A DNA stretch of 64,000 nt. Source: an uncultured Ignavibacteriales bacterium (GTDB taxonomy: Bacteria > Zixibacteria > MSB-5A5 > GN15 > FEB-12). The notes beneath the pieces were generated by a model. That model saw only the letters and a list, made by a program, of their open reading frames with translations, did no database searches and was not told the origin of the DNA. Of the stretch, positions 18,454 to 28,856 are shown one piece after another (position 1 is the stretch's first letter; every line of letters starts with the position of its first letter). Both the position numbers and the translations under genes were made by a program. Location: assembly GCA_964397415.1 (NCBI GenBank), contig CAYNIJ010000001.1, positions 522,345 through 586,344 on the forward strand, in the 5' to 3' direction.

Positions 18454-19728
18454 ATGTCACTACGTGTCTGCATATACGAAGATGAAGCTTTCGATCGGTT
18501 CTTCCCGCTGACGCTTTTACGGCCTGTCTATTTGTTGCGGGCCGGGATTCTGCCACTTTTCAAGCGGTCCCTGATGCACTTCCCGGACGCCTCTTTGACT
18601 CTTATCGCGCGCGATCAGGTGACCGCAACGATGGCGGATCTGGCGGGCGAGTATCCTCTCAATATAGTCAAGTATGAGGCCGGTTCGGATGTTCTCTTTC
18701 TTAATGGGCGCATCCGGTCGTACGGGGATCTGGCGCGGTTAGTCAAAGAAGCGCGCATTTCAACGAGATTCACTTCCGGTGAGGATGTGGTCGCGGTGCT
18801 CTTCAAGAAAGAACAACTCGATGCAGTCCCGCCGGTGGCGACGCAGGCAGAATACCTAGAGGCATTCAGCCGCGCGGGCGCGGATATTTCCGACTACGAG
18901 ACGACCGCAATACTCTACAAAGGATGGTGGGAGTTTGTCGCGGATATCGATTCCGCGATCGCGGATGACGCGGCGTTTTTGAAGAACCACGCGAAGGCGG
19001 CGAACAATCCGGTGATCCATCCAGGGGCATTCCTGGTCAAGAAGGATGACATTCAGTTTGGCGCGAATGTAGAGATATTCCCGGGGGCGGTGATCGACGC
19101 ATCCAAGGGACCGGTGGTGCTGGGCGAGAATGTCAAGGTCGAGTCGCATGCCGCGGTGATCGGTCCATGCTACATCGGGGCGGACTCAATAGTGGTCGCG
19201 GGAAAAGTGGTGGCGTCATCGATCGGGCAGACCTGCCGGGTTGGAGGAGAAGTCGAAGAGTCGGTCTTCCAGTCATACGTGAATAAGTTCCATGCGGGGT
19301 TTATCGGACATAGTTATGTGGGGTCATGGGTGAATTTCGGCGCGATGACGACCAACTCTGATCTCAAGAACAATTACTCGAATATACGCGTGGCGCAGTG
19401 CGGAGAGATGGTCGACACGGGGATGATCAAAGTCGGTTCCTGTATTGGCGATCACACAAAATTCGGCATTGGGACACTCCTGAATACCGGTATCACGATC
19501 GGTGTTTGCTGTAATATCTTCGGCGCCGGCCTAACGGCCGATAAGGAAGTCGAATCCTTCCAGTGGGGGAACAGCGGGGCATGGCAGGAGTACCAGTTTG
19601 AGAAGGCAATCGAAACAGCCGTGAGATCGACGGCGAGACGCAAGGTGACACTCTCGGATCGTGAAGTTAAACTGCTTGACGATGTTTGTCACCAGAAGAT
19701 CGACCCCAAGGGGAGTCTGAAGTTTTGA
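18454..19728 (+). CDS. GlmU-like sugar nucleotidyltransferase/hexapeptide acyltransferase (Bacteroidota-type)
   Basis: PLTLLRPVYLLRAGI, hexapeptide repeats, NKFHAGFIGHSYVGSWVNFGAMTTNSDLKNNY. Confidence 0.85.
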   Translation: MSLRVCIYEDEAFDRFFPLTLLRPVYLLRAGILPLFKRSLMHFPDASLTLIARDQVTATMADLAGEYPLNIVKYEAGSDVLFLNGRIRSYGDLARLVKEARISTRFTSGEDVVAVLFKKEQLDAVPPVATQAEYLEAFSRAGADISDYETTAILYKGWWEFVADIDSAIADDAAFLKNHAKAANNPVIHPGAFLVKKDDIQFGANVEIFPGAVIDASKGPVVLGENVKVESHAAVIGPCYIGADSIVVAGKVVASSIGQTCRVGGEVEESVFQSYVNKFHAGFIGHSYVGSWVNFGAMTTNSDLKNNYSNIRVAQCGEMVDTGMIKVGSCIGDHTKFGIGTLLNTGITIGVCCNIFGAGLTADKEVESFQWGNSGAWQEYQFEKAIETAVRSTARRKVTLSDREVKLLDDVCHQKIDPKGSLKF

Positions 19729-19805
19729 GATAAGCCGCAGGTCAGGTCTCTGTTGACAGTGTCGCCCGTGGCGAGTACTTTTGTGTATAGTAGAAAGTTT
19801 CAAGT

Positions 19806-20852
19806 ATGCCTGAACTTCGTAAAGACCCGATCATAGGACGCTGGGTGATCATTTCGACCGAGCGGGGGAAACGTCCGACCTCATTCGCGCCTGTGCCCAA
19901 GCGGAGCCAGGAAGTGACGCTCTGTCCGTTCTGTCCGGGGAATGAATCGTTTACTCCACCGGAGATCATGTCCTATCGCCAGCCGCAGACCTCACCTAAC
20001 CGACCGGGGTGGAAGGTTCGGGTCATCTCAAACAAATTTCCGGCGTTGGTGATCGAGGGAAGTTTGAATCGTGCCGCCAAGGGTCTGTACGACCAGATGA
20101 ACGGTATCGGCGCGCACGAGGTGATAATTGAGACATCCGACCATGCACGCGACCTGGTCGATCTGAGCGAACATGAGATCCGCGATGTGCTTTGGGCGTT
20201 TCGCGAGCGAATGCTTGATCTCATGCGTGACGCACGGTTCAAGTATATCCTAATATTCAAGAATCAGGGAGAAGCGGCGGGAGCATCGCTCGAGCACGCG
20301 CACAGCCAACTTATCGCCACACCTATCATCCCGAAGCGGGTTACGGAGGAATTGGATGGCGCACGACAGTATTTCCAGTTCAAGGAACGGTGTATTTTCT
20401 GCGACATCATTCGGCAGGAAATGCTGGAATATGAGCGGGTGGTGAGGGATTATGATTCATTCATATCCTTCGAGCCGTTCGCGTCGAGATTCCCGTTCGA
20501 GACCTGGATAATCCCCAAAGCGCACCAGTCCAGTTTCTTGGAGATGAGCGACAGCGATTACTTCGCCTTGGCGGCATCGATGAAGGATACGCTGCTACGA
20601 TTGCGCTTCGCGCTGAATAACCCGGCGTTCAATTTCATTCTGCACACGCGGCCTACGTCAACCGAGTCCCACGAGTATTTCCATTGGCATATCGAGATCA
20701 TGCCGAAGGTGACGAAGATGGCGGGTTTTGAGTGGGGATCGGGGTTCTATATCAACCCGACCTCGCCCGAAGAAGCGGCGGCATTTTTGCGCGGTATCGA
20801 TGTTAACGCCCGTCATAGTACGCGCTCTGAGGCAGCGGCGGGTGATGTCTAG
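19806..20852 (+). CDS. galT: GalT-family hexose-1-phosphate nucleotidylyltransferase
   Basis: MPELRKDP..WVII..ERGKRP, CPFCPGNE, NKFPAL, GASLEHAHSQ. Confidence 0.9.
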   Translation: MPELRKDPIIGRWVIISTERGKRPTSFAPVPKRSQEVTLCPFCPGNESFTPPEIMSYRQPQTSPNRPGWKVRVISNKFPALVIEGSLNRAAKGLYDQMNGIGAHEVIIETSDHARDLVDLSEHEIRDVLWAFRERMLDLMRDARFKYILIFKNQGEAAGASLEHAHSQLIATPIIPKRVTEELDGARQYFQFKERCIFCDIIRQEMLEYERVVRDYDSFISFEPFASRFPFETWIIPKAHQSSFLEMSDSDYFALAASMKDTLLRLRFALNNPAFNFILHTRPTSTESHEYFHWHIEIMPKVTKMAGFEWGSGFYINPTSPEEAAAFLRGIDVNARHSTRSEAAAGDV

Positions 20853-22320
20853 ACTGCGGATCCTCGAGGTATCACCGGAGGTCGCGCCATTTGCCCGGAC
20901 CGGCGGTTTGGGGGATGTTCTGGGAGCGTTGCCACGATCCTTGGCAAAGCAGGGGCATGAGGTCAAGGTTTTCCTCCCCAAGTTTGGTTCCATTGACAGC
21001 AGTAAGTACGGACTTCGCAAGTTGGATAGAACGCTCAAAGTGCGGGCGTGGGGCGAAGATATTCAATTTGGTCTGGAGACGTTGCACGATAGTCGACAGA
21101 AGATCGATCACTACTTCGTGGTGCATGAACCGTATTTCAAGCGGCCATCGTATTATCTGGATCCGGCCACCGGCAAAGATTATCCCGATAATGACGACCG
21201 GTTCATTTTCTTCTGTAAAGCGGTGCTGGCGTCGATGTCCGCGCTAAACTGGCGGCCGGATATCATTCATGCACATGACTGGCAGTGCGCGCTCATTCCG
21301 GCCTACCTGAAACACCAGTATTCGCACGACAATTGGGTCGGTCAGGCGAAGACAGTACTGACAATTCACAATCTTGGTTATCAGGGGATATTCCCCGCTG
21401 AGCGATTCAAACGGCTGGAGTTGCCTGAGAAGTTGTTTTACGCGATGACCGGGCCATTCGAGTTCTTTGGAAAAGTAAATTTCCTTAAGGCGGGATTGAT
21501 GCTCGCGGACAAATTAACCACGGTGTCACGACAGTATGCCAAAGAGATTCAGTCGACCGAGGAGTACGGGTACGGGCTCGAAGGGGTACTGACCGAGCGA
21601 AAGTCTGATCTGTCCGGAATACTGAACGGAGTAGATTACACCGTCTGGTCTCCGACGAGAGACAAGCTGATACCTTTCAAGTATACGACGACAAACTTGA
21701 CGGGAAAGCGCGAGAATAAAGTGGAGCTTCTACGGCATGCAAAACTTCCTGTGCGGCCATCGGCGCCATTGATCGGGATGATCAGTCGAATGACGGACCA
21801 GAAGGGTTGGGATCTGATCGAGCAAGCGGCTGAAGAACTGTTCGCCCTCAATATTCAGATGATAGTACTTGGGACCGGCGACAAAAAGTACGTCGATCTG
21901 TTGACCAAGCTGGAAAAGTTGTATCCAGACAAATTGCGGGCATTTATCACCTTCGATGACGCGCTGGCGCACCGGATCGAGGCGGGGTCGGATATCTTCC
22001 TGATGCCGTCGCGCTGGGAGCCCTGCGGACTGAATCAACTGTATTCACTCAAATACGGGACAGTCCCGGTGGTCCGCAAAGTTGGCGGCCTCGCGGATAC
22101 GGTTGTTGATTGGGACGACAAGATTCAATCTGGCACAGGCTTTGTGTTTGAGGAGTACGACGCTGAAGCGATGCTCGCCGCAATAAAGCGGGCAATCGAG
22201 CTGTTCCCCCATAAACGAGCCTGGACAAAACTGGTCAAGGCGGGTATGTCGCAGGATTTTTCCTGGGAATCATCGGCGAATGAGTATGGCAGACTTTTTG
22301 AAGCACTTGCCGTCAAGTGA
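20845..22320 (+). CDS. glgA: Glycogen synthase (GT5)
   Basis: EVAPFARTGGLGDV, HAHDWQ, TIHNLGYQG, MPSRWEPCGLNQLY, GGLADTV. Confidence 0.95.
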   Translation: MSRLRILEVSPEVAPFARTGGLGDVLGALPRSLAKQGHEVKVFLPKFGSIDSSKYGLRKLDRTLKVRAWGEDIQFGLETLHDSRQKIDHYFVVHEPYFKRPSYYLDPATGKDYPDNDDRFIFFCKAVLASMSALNWRPDIIHAHDWQCALIPAYLKHQYSHDNWVGQAKTVLTIHNLGYQGIFPAERFKRLELPEKLFYAMTGPFEFFGKVNFLKAGLMLADKLTTVSRQYAKEIQSTEEYGYGLEGVLTERKSDLSGILNGVDYTVWSPTRDKLIPFKYTTTNLTGKRENKVELLRHAKLPVRPSAPLIGMISRMTDQKGWDLIEQAAEELFALNIQMIVLGTGDKKYVDLLTKLEKLYPDKLRAFITFDDALAHRIEAGSDIFLMPSRWEPCGLNQLYSLKYGTVPVVRKVGGLADTVVDWDDKIQSGTGFVFEEYDAEAMLAAIKRAIELFPHKRAWTKLVKAGMSQDFSWESSANEYGRLFEALAVK

Positions 22321-22350
22321 ACCATTAATCTTTCAAACAGTAGAATTGTA

Positions 22351-24252
22351 GTGAAACTGACACAACGCGCCCTGTTCATTATCCTCCCGGCGATCGCGAT
22401 CTTCGGCTATTTCGCTTGGCAGCTCAGTTTCACGCAGGATGACGCGTACATCTCCTATCGCTATGTCGCCAATTTCCTCAATGGTCACGGACTTGTGTTC
22501 AATATCGGCGAGCAGGTTGAAGGGTACACCAATTTCTTTTGGGTGATCCTGATGGCGCTGGTCGGGGGAATCGGTATAGACTACATACTTTTTTCGAAAT
22601 TGCTGGGCGCGCTGTGCGCGGCCGGGTCCATCGTAGTGACCTATTTCATCGCGGAGAGAGTGTTCTCGGGACGATCGGTCTGGTATACCGTGATGTCCGT
22701 TCTGTTGGTTGCGGTAAATGGCGCGTTTGCCTACTGGTCGCCGGCGGGGTTAGAAACAGCGGCGTTCGCACTGGCAGTGACGCTTTCCATCTATTGGTAT
22801 GTGATGGGGAACTGGATGTTGACCGCATCGCTCTGCTGGGCAGTGCTGCTTCGGCCGGAGGGGGCGGTACTTGCCGCGCTCCTGATATTCGCAGAATGGA
22901 TTTCCGAGCGAAAGGCGCCGCGCTTCAGTTTTCTGGCTGGATTTATCGCGTTCATCCTCTGCTTGCCATTTGTCGGATTCAAGCTGGCTTATTACGGTTC
23001 GATCCTCCCCAATCCATTCTACGCCAAGACCGGCATGAACATGACCCAGTTGTCCAATGGCGTAGATTATGTCTGGCTGTTCCTCAAGCATTATGGATTT
23101 TTGGGGATCGGGATAGTTGTTGCAGTTCTCTCGTGGCAGAAGTTGACGTCGGAGCTTCGAGCGTTGTTGGTGATTCTGATCGGGTATTTAGCATATATCC
23201 TTTTGGTCGGGGGGGATGTCCTCAAGGTGCATCGGTTCTATCTGCCGCTGTTCGGTTTGAATGCCATTGTAGCTGCAACTGCCGTGCATCTCCTGATCGG
23301 AAAACTTCAGATAAAGACGCAACAGTTTCTGTTGATAGTACTGTTGATTCCGCTGCTTGGGCTTACCTGGTGGATCCCCCGGCAGTATGTGGAAGACTAC
23401 AATCGGCATGAGCGGTCGTTTGTCTTCAGAATGGGGACGCTGGCAAGACAGATAGAGGAATCTGACGCGACGCCGTTCTCGGTGGCGACACCAACAATCG
23501 GGATATTTGGCTACGAGTTGCTGAATCACCGGGTGATCGATATGCTGGGGTTGGCGGATTCGACGATCGCGCGGTATTCGGATCCACCGATTGAAGGGAT
23601 GAAAACGACCTGGAAAGAGTCAAAGCATAACTCGACCTATCTGCTCTCCTGCGCGCCAGATTATATTGTGTTCTCAACCGGCATAAAGCCATCGGCGCCG
23701 GCCGAACGGGCTCTGGTGCTGTATGATGAATTCCAGCGCTCGTACCGCGCGTTGGTCTGGTGGTTTCAGAACGCGGAGTATTCGCCCCGAGGGATGTTGA
23801 ATATCGCGTATAAAAAAATGCATGAGGTGGGGAGACCGGAGAAGCCGACGTACCCGGTGGAATTTGCGGAGAAGTTGAATTTGGGATTGGACGCCGGTGC
23901 GGATGACCGCCCAGACGATGCTATCAAATACCTGAATGAGGCCGCACGGATCGCAGGGGGCCTGGAGAGAGTACGTTTCACTGAACTCCACTGGTCGCTG
24001 GGGCAGGCGTATTTGGTAAAACGGCAGAGCGAACAGGGGATAGCCGTTTTGGAGACGGGGATGGCGATTGATTCGATGACACCGGGGCTACACAGGGATC
24101 TTTATACGGTAGCGCGACTGCTCGATGACACGGCCAAGGCGACGTATCATCGGCGCTGGATGGAGCGACTGATCCCGTGGTATCTTCCCCGGCTGGATTC
24201 GCTTACCCAGCAACGGCTTGAGCGGTCGCGGACGGGCTCACAGCAGCCTTGA
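22351..24252 (+). CDS. Polytopic GT-C-like membrane glycosyltransferase with C-terminal TPR-like region
   Basis: QDDAYISYRY..GHGLVFN.GE.VEGYT, RPEG, PNPFYAK, GGD..RF, IDMLGL. Confidence 0.75.
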   Translation: MKLTQRALFIILPAIAIFGYFAWQLSFTQDDAYISYRYVANFLNGHGLVFNIGEQVEGYTNFFWVILMALVGGIGIDYILFSKLLGALCAAGSIVVTYFIAERVFSGRSVWYTVMSVLLVAVNGAFAYWSPAGLETAAFALAVTLSIYWYVMGNWMLTASLCWAVLLRPEGAVLAALLIFAEWISERKAPRFSFLAGFIAFILCLPFVGFKLAYYGSILPNPFYAKTGMNMTQLSNGVDYVWLFLKHYGFLGIGIVVAVLSWQKLTSELRALLVILIGYLAYILLVGGDVLKVHRFYLPLFGLNAIVAATAVHLLIGKLQIKTQQFLLIVLLIPLLGLTWWIPRQYVEDYNRHERSFVFRMGTLARQIEESDATPFSVATPTIGIFGYELLNHRVIDMLGLADSTIARYSDPPIEGMKTTWKESKHNSTYLLSCAPDYIVFSTGIKPSAPAERALVLYDEFQRSYRALVWWFQNAEYSPRGMLNIAYKKMHEVGRPEKPTYPVEFAEKLNLGLDAGADDRPDDAIKYLNEAARIAGGLERVRFTELHWSLGQAYLVKRQSEQGIAVLETGMAIDSMTPGLHRDLYTVARLLDDTAKATYHRRWMERLIPWYLPRLDSLTQQRLERSRTGSQQP

Positions 24253-24342
24253 AAGTAAAGAAATCTGCGACGAATCCTGTTGACAAGGTTTGTGGTCAGT
24301 ATATATTGAAAGCCGCCTGAAGTTTACAGACAGGTGACATAA

Positions 24343-24415
<73 letters not shown>

Positions 24416-24426
24416 CTTTTTTTTCG

Positions 24427-24498
<72 letters not shown>

Positions 24499-24795
24499 TA
24501 TCTTTTCATCCCCCTGACAGTTCGATCGACAGACAGCGGAGCCAACTCGACCGCAAACCGTAATATTCCACTGAGCCTGGCGTCCAGCGTTTCCTCAATT
24601 GTGAATCTGCGTACAAGGCCTAATAGACTGGCAACCATTGACGCCAAACCGTACCGGTCGGTATATGATTGCAGGAGAGCGAATTAAAAACTTGGATGTA
24701 CTGGGCATTTCTCGCTTGTGACATTTTCATGATTGCATATATTTGCGCCGAAGGTCTATGCTAAAGTGCTGACGTAGTCAGAAGGAGTCTCTGTT

Positions 24796-24981
24796 ATGGC
24801 AATGAAGATCAATGAGGATTGTACGGCATGCGGTCTCTGTTTGCCCGAGTGCCCGACCAACTCGATCTCCGAGGGTGATATCTACGTGATTGACGAGAGC
24901 ACCTGCAACGAATGCGAAGATCAGGGTGATGGCCCGCACTGTGTGGCGGTCTGTCCAGTCGACGCTATTCATAAAGCCTGA
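24796..24981 (+). CDS. 2x[4Fe-4S] ferredoxin (YfhL-like)
   Basis: CTACGLCLPECP and CNEC..C..VCP; AAGGAG RBS; terminator 25000-25028. Confidence 0.93.
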   Translation: MAMKINEDCTACGLCLPECPTNSISEGDIYVIDESTCNECEDQGDGPHCVAVCPVDAIHKA

Positions 24982-25055
24982 TTGCGACCAGGTCGCAACA
25001 AAAAGGCCGCTCGTAAGGGCGGCCTTTCTCATTTGGGGGAGATAAAATCACCTAT

Positions 25056-25172
25056 AAAAAAAGAGGGTGCAACTCTGGTAGGGTAGAGGGGGCTAGGAAA
25101 CTACCCAGGGACAGCAGAGAGACACCCTCGCACATCCGAATATTAGATTTGGTATTGCCAGATTGTCAAGTA
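25056..25172 (-). ncRNA. Candidate small RNA: long interrupted hairpin with C/U-rich loop ending in U7
   Basis: Minus strand GAGGGTG/CACCCTC, CTCTG/CAGAG, GGGTAG/CTACCC nested stems, loop TTTCCTAGCCCCCT; upstream sigma28-like and TTGACA-N18-TAATAT promoters. Confidence 0.5.
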
Positions 25173-25178
25173 CTTAAT

Positions 25179-25205
25179 CTATCGGCAAAAGGCGGTACGA
25201 CTTGA
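25179..25205 (-). promoter_or_regulatory. sigma28 (FliA/WhiG-type) promoter candidate
   Basis: TCAA-N15-GCCGATAG. Confidence 0.6.
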
Positions 25206-25236
25206 GCGGCGGTGACAACGACCGACATCGCGCGTT

Positions 25237-25947
25237 CTAATAGCGCACAATCTTTACCGGAATAGTCAAAATGAATGGATTAGCGCCCTCGGACGGGTCG
25301 AGGCGCAACCGGAAGCTGGAGAAGTACGTTCCCTTTTTGAGGTCGGGTGAAACGGTGACCTCGAGTTCGGTAGTCTCGCCTTTACCGATCACTTGCTTTG
25401 ACACTTTGACCGTAAAGAGTGAGTCGGCGCGATCAACGTAGGTTATCCCGAGCTTATTTGCTCGCGGGTTCGAAAGCTTAACTTTCTTACTCTCATGGGC
25501 GGGAAGGAAAAAGACTGAGGGTGGGTCGGGACGCACACCTAGCAACCACTGGCCAACATTGCTGACGTAATAGTATTCGAGGACGGGATAGGACGGGTCG
25601 GTGGTTGAGATCGTAAATGCCTTGGTGGTGGGGCCGAAGACATTCTTGGTATCGAACTCCAGGCGAATGGAGGTTGAATCTCCCGGGGCGACGAGGGAGT
25701 CTTTGATGGTAACTTTGGAGCACTCACACGGAACATTTTTCGTTTTCAGGACGACCGGCTTTGATGACTCATTGACATACGTAAAGGAATGGTAAACCAG
25801 AAAATCGACGCCAACCGCGCCAAAGTCAACCGTCCGGCGTCCATCGGTCTGGGCGGCGCTGAGGTTTGAGATGCCGGCTGTCAGCGATAGAAGCGCAATG
25901 GCCAGTATTGGTACTACATTCCAGGTTCGTGGATAGCTAATTGTCAT
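25237..25947 (-). CDS. Secreted DUF1573 / Ig-like domain protein
   Basis: DFG..HSFTYVNES..VPCECSK..VAPGDST.I..FDT..K...I.T.DP. Confidence 0.8.
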   Translation of the reverse strand: MTISYPRTWNVVPILAIALLSLTAGISNLSAAQTDGRRTVDFGAVGVDFLVYHSFTYVNESSKPVVLKTKNVPCECSKVTIKDSLVAPGDSTSIRLEFDTKNVFGPTTKAFTISTTDPSYPVLEYYYVSNVGQWLLGVRPDPPSVFFLPAHESKKVKLSNPRANKLGITYVDRADSLFTVKVSKQVIGKGETTELEVTVSPDLKKGTYFSSFRLRLDPSEGANPFILTIPVKIVRY

Positions 25948-26228
25948 TCCTGATCTTCCGTCCAGTTCATTTGTCGATCTCTTTACGAGATCAGTGTCTC
26001 AGGAGGTATACTCCTGAATCGGCATATTGGACCATTTCTGCCGTCGGTTATTTGTATGGTCCGATGCCAGTCTTTTCGCGAAAGTTAAGTCCCAATTGTA
26101 GGAAATGGAGGTGAAACACGCAAGAAATTCTGTGCGGCACGGGATTCTCCTTTTTTTCGTTGACAGGCCGTGCCGTTGACCGGTAAGATTGCCTGCGATA
26201 GTTCACCCATTAACAGTCAGGCAGTTAC

Positions 26229-26831
26229 GTGATTCAATACATGCGGATTTTCTTCGGATTGGCCGTGGCATGTCTTGCCATGCAGTTGTCGCTAACCGGT
26301 TGCTCCGAAGAACGGAAGCGCGAAGCAGCGCGGATAGCGGCGGAAATGGAAGCGAAGGAGCGAGGCGAGACTCTTCCTCCGGAGCCGGTTGAACTCGACA
26401 CCATGGCTCAAGCCGCCCTTGATACAGCCGGCGAAAAGACCCAAGTGGCGCAGAGTACTGACCAACAGCCCGATTCGGCGACTCAAACGGCGGTCGGTTC
26501 AAGTCAATCTGAAGTGGAAACAAAGCAGGCCGAGCCATCAAATCGCCTGGCAGTTCCCGTCAGTACCCCGGCATCAATGCCTCCGGTCATTACGGATGGG
26601 TGGACTGTTCAGGTCGAGAGCTCACCCCTGCAATCGTATGTTGAGTCACAGGTGCAAGTATTCAAGGATCGCGGTTATGACGCGTATCTGGGGACAGTGA
26701 CCAAAGAGGACAAGACTTATTACCGGCTTCGCGTAGGCAAATTCATCGACAGGGCGGAAGCAGTCAGGGTCAGCACGGAGATCAATTCCATGTACAATCT
26801 GCAGACTTGGGTTGACCGCGCAAGCTGGTAA
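26229..26831 (+). CDS. SPOR-domain lipoprotein
   Basis: Lipobox LTGC; C-terminal WTVQVES..GYDAY..YYRLRVGKF.DRAEA. Confidence 0.85.
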   Translation: MIQYMRIFFGLAVACLAMQLSLTGCSEERKREAARIAAEMEAKERGETLPPEPVELDTMAQAALDTAGEKTQVAQSTDQQPDSATQTAVGSSQSEVETKQAEPSNRLAVPVSTPASMPPVITDGWTVQVESSPLQSYVESQVQVFKDRGYDAYLGTVTKEDKTYYRLRVGKFIDRAEAVRVSTEINSMYNLQTWVDRASW

Positions 26832-26852
26832 CAACGGTAGTTCATCCAAATA

Positions 26853-26886
26853 GAAACGGCAGGCGGATAGCCTGCCGTTTTGTTTT
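26853..26886. terminator. Bidirectional intrinsic terminator
   Basis: AAACGGCAGGC-GGATA-GCCTGCCGTTT(T). Confidence 0.8.
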
Positions 26887-26906
26887 GGCGCGTGTTTAGA
26901 GTGAAT

Positions 26907-28856
26907 CTAGTGAACTGTTTCTTCCGGTTTCATCTCCGAATTCTTGAGATATGAGTTAAGGAACTGGATCTGCTTTTGGTATTCAGGGATGATGTTGGAT
27001 CGTTTTCCCGCGCCATGACCCTCGTCGGCCATGATCATAGAGTCGACTATACCGCCATTCTGCTGGATCGCGGCGATGATCTGGCGGGCTTCGCCGATCG
27101 GGACACGCGGGTCATTGACGCCATGGATTACAAGTAGCGGCGTTTTGATCAAATGCGCCTTATGGATGGGGGATATCTCTTTGAGGAAGGCTGAATCGGA
27201 GAGCGGGCCGTACTCAGCTTCGCGCAGTCCGCGACGGTACGGGGCCGTGTTTTGCAGGAAAGTCACGAAGTTGGAGATGCCGACCGAGCCGATGGCCGCG
27301 GAGAAGAGCTCGGGATAATCGGTTATCATGCCATACACGACGTAACCGCCGTAGGAGCCGCCACGAATAGCCATTTTCCCCGGGGCAGTGTAGCCCTGCG
27401 CGACGAGCCATTCGGCGGCCGCCTTGTAATCCTGCAATGAATGCTTCCGGTTTTTGTAGTTGTCGAGATTCAAGTACTCCCGACCGTATCCTTCAGAACC
27501 GCGGACGTTGGGGAGCATCACGCCGTAGCCGTTCAGCAGCAGAAACTGGATGTTGCGAGTGAAATACGGCTGTGACTGGCCTTCGGGCCCGCCATGCGCC
27601 TCGATAACGAAAGGAATAATGGTTCCGGGTTTGTAATCCTTGGGGAGGTAGACAAACGCCGGTATTTGCAGGCCGTCAAAGCTGGCGTAGTGGATCAGCT
27701 TTGGCTCCGAGAAGAGCTCTCGGTCAATACCGGCATAGGACGCAAACGTTAGTTGGGTCAACTCACCGGTCTTCGGATTCCACCGCCAGACATCGGTGGT
27801 TCGGGTCGGGCCATTAAAGGAGAAGACGATATTGCCATTCTTGTCGAATCCCCCACCAGTGATGATGCCATCGAGCGGGGGAGTTTTCAGGAACTGGCCC
27901 GTCTCTACCTCGCGAAGTCTGATACGAACGTAGCCATCCTCATTCACGAGCGCGGCCATATACTTGTAGTCGCGAGAGAAAGAGAGCGAGGTGATCTCCC
28001 AGCGCGGGTCGATCCAGCCATCGTCGATGAACTCCACTCCCGGTTTGCCTAGTTTCAATTTGGCGACCCGACTGATGCCATCCTTGTTGTCGTTGGAGAG
28101 CCAATAGATGGTTTGGTTGTCCGGCATCAGTGTGGCGGACTGATAGAGGACATTCCCGCTGTCGCTATTCAGTTTTTGGATCTTGCCGGTGCCGAGTTCA
28201 AAGAGATAGAGGTCGTTGGCGACATTCGAGCGGAGATTGGTGATGATCATGCGGCTGCCGTCCTGCGACAGGTCAGTGATCCAATTGTAGCCGCGAATGC
28301 CACCGGTGGTATCGCCGAAGATCTTCTGAGAGGCTCCGGTAGTGATATCCATCTTGTATATGAAGAAGTCTTTGCCGTTTTCTTCGGTGGAATTGAAGTA
28401 GATGGATTTGTCATCGTTGGCCCAGGCAACTGAGCCGTAGCGGGCTTTAGGATTGTTGGTCAAGGTCACCAAACGTCCTGTTTCAGTATCCATGAGGAAG
28501 AGCTGTGACTGCTCAGAACCGCCGATGGAAGCGCCAACGATCCCCATGTCTCCGCCCCAGGATAGGGAGAAGAAGTCAACACCATCCTCGAAGGTTGTAA
28601 GCTGGTACGGCCAGCCGCGGTCGGTCAGGCGATAGATCTGGGAAGCGCCGGACGCGGAGGAGGTGAAAAAGACGCTACTACCGTCCCAGCTGGTGGCGGA
28701 GAAGGAATTGGCGCCTATCTGCAGGAAAGTGGCGATATCCGGAACGTAGGAACCTTTATTCAGCAGGGACTGCTCTTTCCCCTTGGGCTGTGAAATGGCG
28801 CACGAGACGGAAATGGCCAGCAGCAAGACAGCGCAGACGATGGACCGAAGCTTCAC
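26907..28856 (-). CDS. S9 family (prolyl oligopeptidase/acylaminoacyl) peptidase
   Basis: HGGPE, PNVRGSEGYG, GGSYGG, NDPRVP, DEGHG; beta-propeller N-terminus. Confidence 0.95.
   Translation of the reverse strand: MKLRSIVCAVLLLAISVSCAISQPKGKEQSLLNKGSYVPDIATFLQIGANSFSATSWDGSSVFFTSSASGASQIYRLTDRGWPYQLTTFEDGVDFFSLSWGGDMGIVGASIGGSEQSQLFLMDTETGRLVTLTNNPKARYGSVAWANDDKSIYFNSTEENGKDFFIYKMDITTGASQKIFGDTTGGIRGYNWITDLSQDGSRMIITNLRSNVANDLYLFELGTGKIQKLNSDSGNVLYQSATLMPDNQTIYWLSNDNKDGISRVAKLKLGKPGVEFIDDGWIDPRWEITSLSFSRDYKYMAALVNEDGYVRIRLREVETGQFLKTPPLDGIITGGGFDKNGNIVFSFNGPTRTTDVWRWNPKTGELTQLTFASYAGIDRELFSEPKLIHYASFDGLQIPAFVYLPKDYKPGTIIPFVIEAHGGPEGQSQPYFTRNIQFLLLNGYGVMLPNVRGSEGYGREYLNLDNYKNRKHSLQDYKAAAEWLVAQGYTAPGKMAIRGGSYGGYVVYGMITDYPELFSAAIGSVGISNFVTFLQNTAPYRRGLREAEYGPLSDSAFLKEISPIHKAHLIKTPLLVIHGVNDPRVPIGEARQIIAAIQQNGGIVDSMIMADEGHGAGKRSNIIPEYQKQIQFLNSYLKNSEMKPEETVH

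Noticed and set aside
24499-24795. Island integrated at tRNA-Cys or tRNA-Gly
   Set aside because: No duplicated tRNA 3' end and no integrase downstream
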